A stretch of 24,000 nucleotides of DNA. Source: Alkaliphilus oremlandii OhILAs. Its GTDB lineage: Bacteria; Bacillota; Clostridia; Peptostreptococcales; Natronincolaceae. Below are positions 21,212-24,000 of the stretch, in pieces. The stretch is from positions 1,046,612 to 1,070,611 of the forward strand of contig NC_009922.1 of the NCBI RefSeq assembly GCF_000018325.1. Direction: 5' to 3'. Position 1 is the first letter of the stretch, and every line of letters begins with the position of its first letter. Made by a program: the position numbers and the translations under genes. Under the pieces are notes generated by a model. The model ran no database searches and had not been told where the DNA came from. It worked only from the letters and a program-made list of their open reading frames with translations.

Positions 21212-23224
21212 ATGGACTTTTTGATATTAGCACCAGTTGCAGGAGTTATAGCACTTGTTTTTTCTTTTATCCTTGTAGGTAGAATCAATAAAGTAGCTCC
21301 TGGAAACGAAAGAATGAAGGAGATTGCTTCTTACATTCATGAAGGTTCTATGGCTTTCTTAACGAGAGAGTACAAAACATTATTGATTTTCGTTGTTGTT
21401 TTATTTGGCGTAATAGCTATAGGTATTGATTGGCCAACAGCAATTTCATTCTTGGTTGGAGCACTTTTCTCAGCTCTAGCAGGATTCATTGGGATGCAAG
21501 TTGCTACAAAGGCAAACGTAAGAACAGCCAATGGCGCTAAAGAAGGTGGAATGAACAAAGCATTAAGTGTTGCCTTCTCTGGTGGTGCTGTAATGGGAAT
21601 GACAGTTGTAGGATTAGGAATTCTAGGAATCGGAACATTATATCTAGTTTTCTCTAGAACATTTGATACAACTGAAGCTGCTAGAATTATTACAGGATTT
21701 TCTTTAGGAGCTTCTTCTATTGCGTTATTTGCCCGTGTAGGTGGCGGTATCTATACAAAGGCTGCAGACGTTGGCGCGGATCTTGTAGGTAAGGTTGAAG
21801 CTGGAATTCCAGAAGATGATCCGAGAAACCCGGCAGTAATTGCGGATAACGTAGGAGATAACGTAGGGGACGTTGCTGGTATGGGAGCGGACTTATTTGA
21901 GTCCTACGTAGGATCTATCGTTTCTGCTATTGCTTTAGGTTTACTTGCTTATGGAAAAAATGGAGCAGTATTTGCATTGACTATTTCAGCAATCGGAATC
22001 ATTTCTTCTATTATAGGTACTTTTTTTGTTAAGGCTGACGATAACTCTGACCCAGCAAAAGCATTAAAAGTTGGTACTTATGTTGCAGCAACAGTTACAA
22101 TTGCAGGTTCTTTCTTCTTAAGTAAGAGCTTATTAGGGGATTTAAAAGGATTCTTAGCAATCGTAACAGGTTTAATTGTAGGTACATTAATTGGACAAAT
22201 TACAGAGGTTTATACTTCTGGAGATTATGGATACGTTAAAAAGATTGCAAAGCAATCTGAAACAGGACCAGCTACAACAATTATTAGTGGATTAGCTGTA
22301 GGTATGGCATCAACAGGTGCACCTATTTTATTAATTTCAGCAGGAATCTTAATTTCCTTCGGTGTTGCAGGACTATACGGTATTGCATTATCAGCAGTAG
22401 GAATGCTTGCAACAGCAGGTATTACAATCGCAGTAGATGCATACGGTCCAATTTCTGACAACGCTGGTGGTATTGCAGAAATGTGTGAACTTCCTAAGGA
22501 AGTAAGAGCAATCACAGACAAGCTAGATGCTGTTGGAAACACAACTGCTGCTATGGGTAAAGGATTTGCAATTGGTTCAGCTGCATTAACAGCTTTAGCA
22601 TTATTTGCAACTTATACAGAAGCAGTTGGTTTAGCAGGAATCAACATCATGGAACCTTCCGTAATTGCAGGTATGCTAATTGGTGGTATGCTTCCATTTG
22701 TATTCTCTGCCATGACTATGGAAGCTGTTGGAAAAGCAGCATTCCAAATGATTGAAGAAGTAAGAAGACAGTTCAAGGAAATTCCTGGTATTATGGAAGG
22801 TAAAGCGAAGCCAGACTATGCAAGATGTGTTGATATTAGTACGGCTGCTGCTTTAAAAGAAATGATTGTTCCAGGGGTAATCTCTGTACTAGCACCAATT
22901 GTAACAGGAATTCTATTAGGTTCAAGTGCGGTTGGTGGTTTATTAGCTGGAGCATTGGTATCCGGTGTGTTGATGGCAATTATGATGGCAAATGCAGGTG
23001 GTGCTTGGGATAACGCTAAAAAATACATCGAGGAAGGTCATCACGGTGGAAAAGGAAGCGAACCTCATAAAGCTGCAGTTGTTGGAGATACCGTAGGAGA
23101 TCCATTCAAAGATACTTCTGGACCATCTATCAATATATTAATTAAATTGATGACAATTGTTTCTGTAGTATTTGCACCATTATTCATCAAATTTGGTGAA
23201 GGAATATTAATGAAATTGTTTTAA
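21212..23224 (+). CDS. hppA: Membrane-bound ion-translocating inorganic pyrophosphatase (K+-dependent subtype by signature)
   Basis: The 670-aa polytopic protein carries the canonical M-PPase motifs [29 protein letters not shown] and [19 protein letters not shown] (22535-22552) has Ala at the K+-dependence determinant. An AAGGAGG RBS precedes the start. Confidence 0.95.
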   Translation: MDFLILAPVAGVIALVFSFILVGRINKVAPGNERMKEIASYIHEGSMAFLTREYKTLLIFVVVLFGVIAIGIDWPTAISFLVGALFSALAGFIGMQVATKANVRTANGAKEGGMNKALSVAFSGGAVMGMTVVGLGILGIGTLYLVFSRTFDTTEAARIITGFSLGASSIALFARVGGGIYTKAADVGADLVGKVEAGIPEDDPRNPAVIADNVGDNVGDVAGMGADLFESYVGSIVSAIALGLLAYGKNGAVFALTISAIGIISSIIGTFFVKADDNSDPAKALKVGTYVAATVTIAGSFFLSKSLLGDLKGFLAIVTGLIVGTLIGQITEVYTSGDYGYVKKIAKQSETGPATTIISGLAVGMASTGAPILLISAGILISFGVAGLYGIALSAVGMLATAGITIAVDAYGPISDNAGGIAEMCELPKEVRAITDKLDAVGNTTAAMGKGFAIGSAALTALALFATYTEAVGLAGINIMEPSVIAGMLIGGMLPFVFSAMTMEAVGKAAFQMIEEVRRQFKEIPGIMEGKAKPDYARCVDISTAAALKEMIVPGVISVLAPIVTGILLGSSAVGGLLAGALVSGVLMAIMMANAGGAWDNAKKYIEEGHHGGKGSEPHKAAVVGDTVGDPFKDTSGPSINILIKLMTIVSVVFAPLFIKFGEGILMKLF

Positions 23225-23245
23225 ATAAATGAATCATTAGAGAAA

Positions 23246-23278
23246 GGCTCTTGATCTAAAAAGATTGAGAGTCTTTTT
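23246..23278 (+). terminator. Rho-independent terminator after hppA
   Basis: GGCTCTTGATC (23246-23256) pairs with GATTGAGAGTC (23263-23273) over 11 bp, including 3 G-U pairs, around the loop TAAAAA. TTTTT follows at 23274-23278. Confidence 0.7.
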
Positions 23279-23349
23279 CTTAATAGAGAATACAAAATAA
23301 TGTGTTGTAGAATGTTGGGTGGGTATCTAATACGATAAGGAGAATGCAT

Positions 23350-23652
23350 ATGGTCAGTAAAATCTTTTTTTCATATTCTAGAGGAGAGCAATTATTTTTT
23401 ACATACTTAGTTTTAATCAATTTAATTGGATTCATACTGATGGGATTGGATAAATATAAAGCCAAAAAAGAACAGTGGAGAATTCAAGAATTAACATTGA
23501 TGACAATTTCACTATTAGGCGGTTCATCTGGCGTAATGATGGGTATGATTATATTCAAACACAAAATTAATAAAAAGAAGTTTTTCATTGGTGTACCCCT
23601 GCTCCATCTATTCAATGCGATTGTAAACAGAGTGGTAATATATTATTTATAA
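23350..23652 (+). CDS. DUF1294-family small membrane protein
   Basis: The stretch GFILMGLDKYKAKKEQWRIQELTLMTISLLGGSSGVMMGMIIFKHKINKKKF matches the DUF1294 pattern (DK..A....WRI.E..L......GG..G......HK..K.KF). ATG 23350 lies 7 nt after the AAGGAG at 23337-23342, whereas the track's ATG 23344 is too close to the RBS. Confidence 0.75.
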   Translation: MVSKIFFSYSRGEQLFFTYLVLINLIGFILMGLDKYKAKKEQWRIQELTLMTISLLGGSSGVMMGMIIFKHKINKKKFFIGVPLLHLFNAIVNRVVIYYL

Positions 23653-23689
23653 ATGGGGGATAATATTATTTAGAAAGGGAGGGATAAGT

Positions 23690-24000
23690 TTGTCAGTAAA
23701 AGAAAAATTGTTAGAATTTATGTATGAAACAGCTTATAATCCAATGCTAGAAGAAGAATTGATGGATGTTTTCGACATAGAAAGAAAGCAAAGAGAGGAT
23801 TTCTCTAAATTATTGGAGGATATGGTTAAGGAAGGTCTAATTATTAAAACTCGAAAAAAACGCTTTGGAACACCGGAGCGAATGGGATTAATTTTAGGGA
23901 AGCTGCAAGGACATCATAGAGGATATGGTTTCGTAATTTCCGATCGACCAGAGGTTCCAGATGTTTTTATACCTGCCAACTTTATGAATGGCGCAATGAA
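23690..24000 (+). CDS. rnr: Ribonuclease R, 5' end (3'-truncated by the window edge)
   Basis: The frame is open from TTG 23690 (AAAGGGAGGG RBS at 23674-23683) to the window end. It translates to (M)SVKEKLLEFMYETAYNPMLEEELMDVFDIERKQREDFSKLLEDMVKEGLIIKTRKKRFGTPERMGLILGKLQGHHRGYGFVISD..., the winged-helix N-terminal region typical of Firmicute RNase R. The secG...rnr synteny is conserved in Firmicutes. The ORF is absent from the track because it has no stop within the window. Confidence 0.8.
   Translation, partial: MSVKEKLLEFMYETAYNPMLEEELMDVFDIERKQREDFSKLLEDMVKEGLIIKTRKKRFGTPERMGLILGKLQGHHRGYGFVISDRPEVPDVFIPANFMNGAM

Overview
This is a low-GC, Clostridia-type (Firmicutes) chromosomal segment in which every credible gene lies on the + strand. 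Most of it is core metabolism. In order: (1) The distal part of a glycine reductase operon, grdA (3' end), grdB, grdC and grdD. The ORF track splits grdB in two, but it is one selenoprotein gene read through an in-frame TGA at 1256-1258. (2) A BMP/Med-family (nucleoside-type) ABC importer operon with SBP, ATPase and two permeases. A YjjI-like glycyl radical enzyme and its YjjW-like radical-SAM activase are inserted between the SBP and the ATPase. (3) rpoN (sigma-54). (4) The central glycolytic operon cggR-gapA-pgk-tpiA-gpmI-eno, with a recognisable sigma-A promoter and CggR-type operator. (5) secG, a membrane pyrophosphatase (hppA), a DUF1294 membrane protein and the 5' end of rnr (RNase R). 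I saw no tRNA or rRNA genes, CRISPR arrays, transposases, phage genes or defence-system genes. The only real candidate for an undescribed system is the orphan glycyl-radical enzyme/activase pair that appears co-operonic with the nucleoside-type transporter. Everything else is ordinary housekeeping content with some regulatory details worth checking. All minus-strand ORFs in the track look like shadow ORFs.
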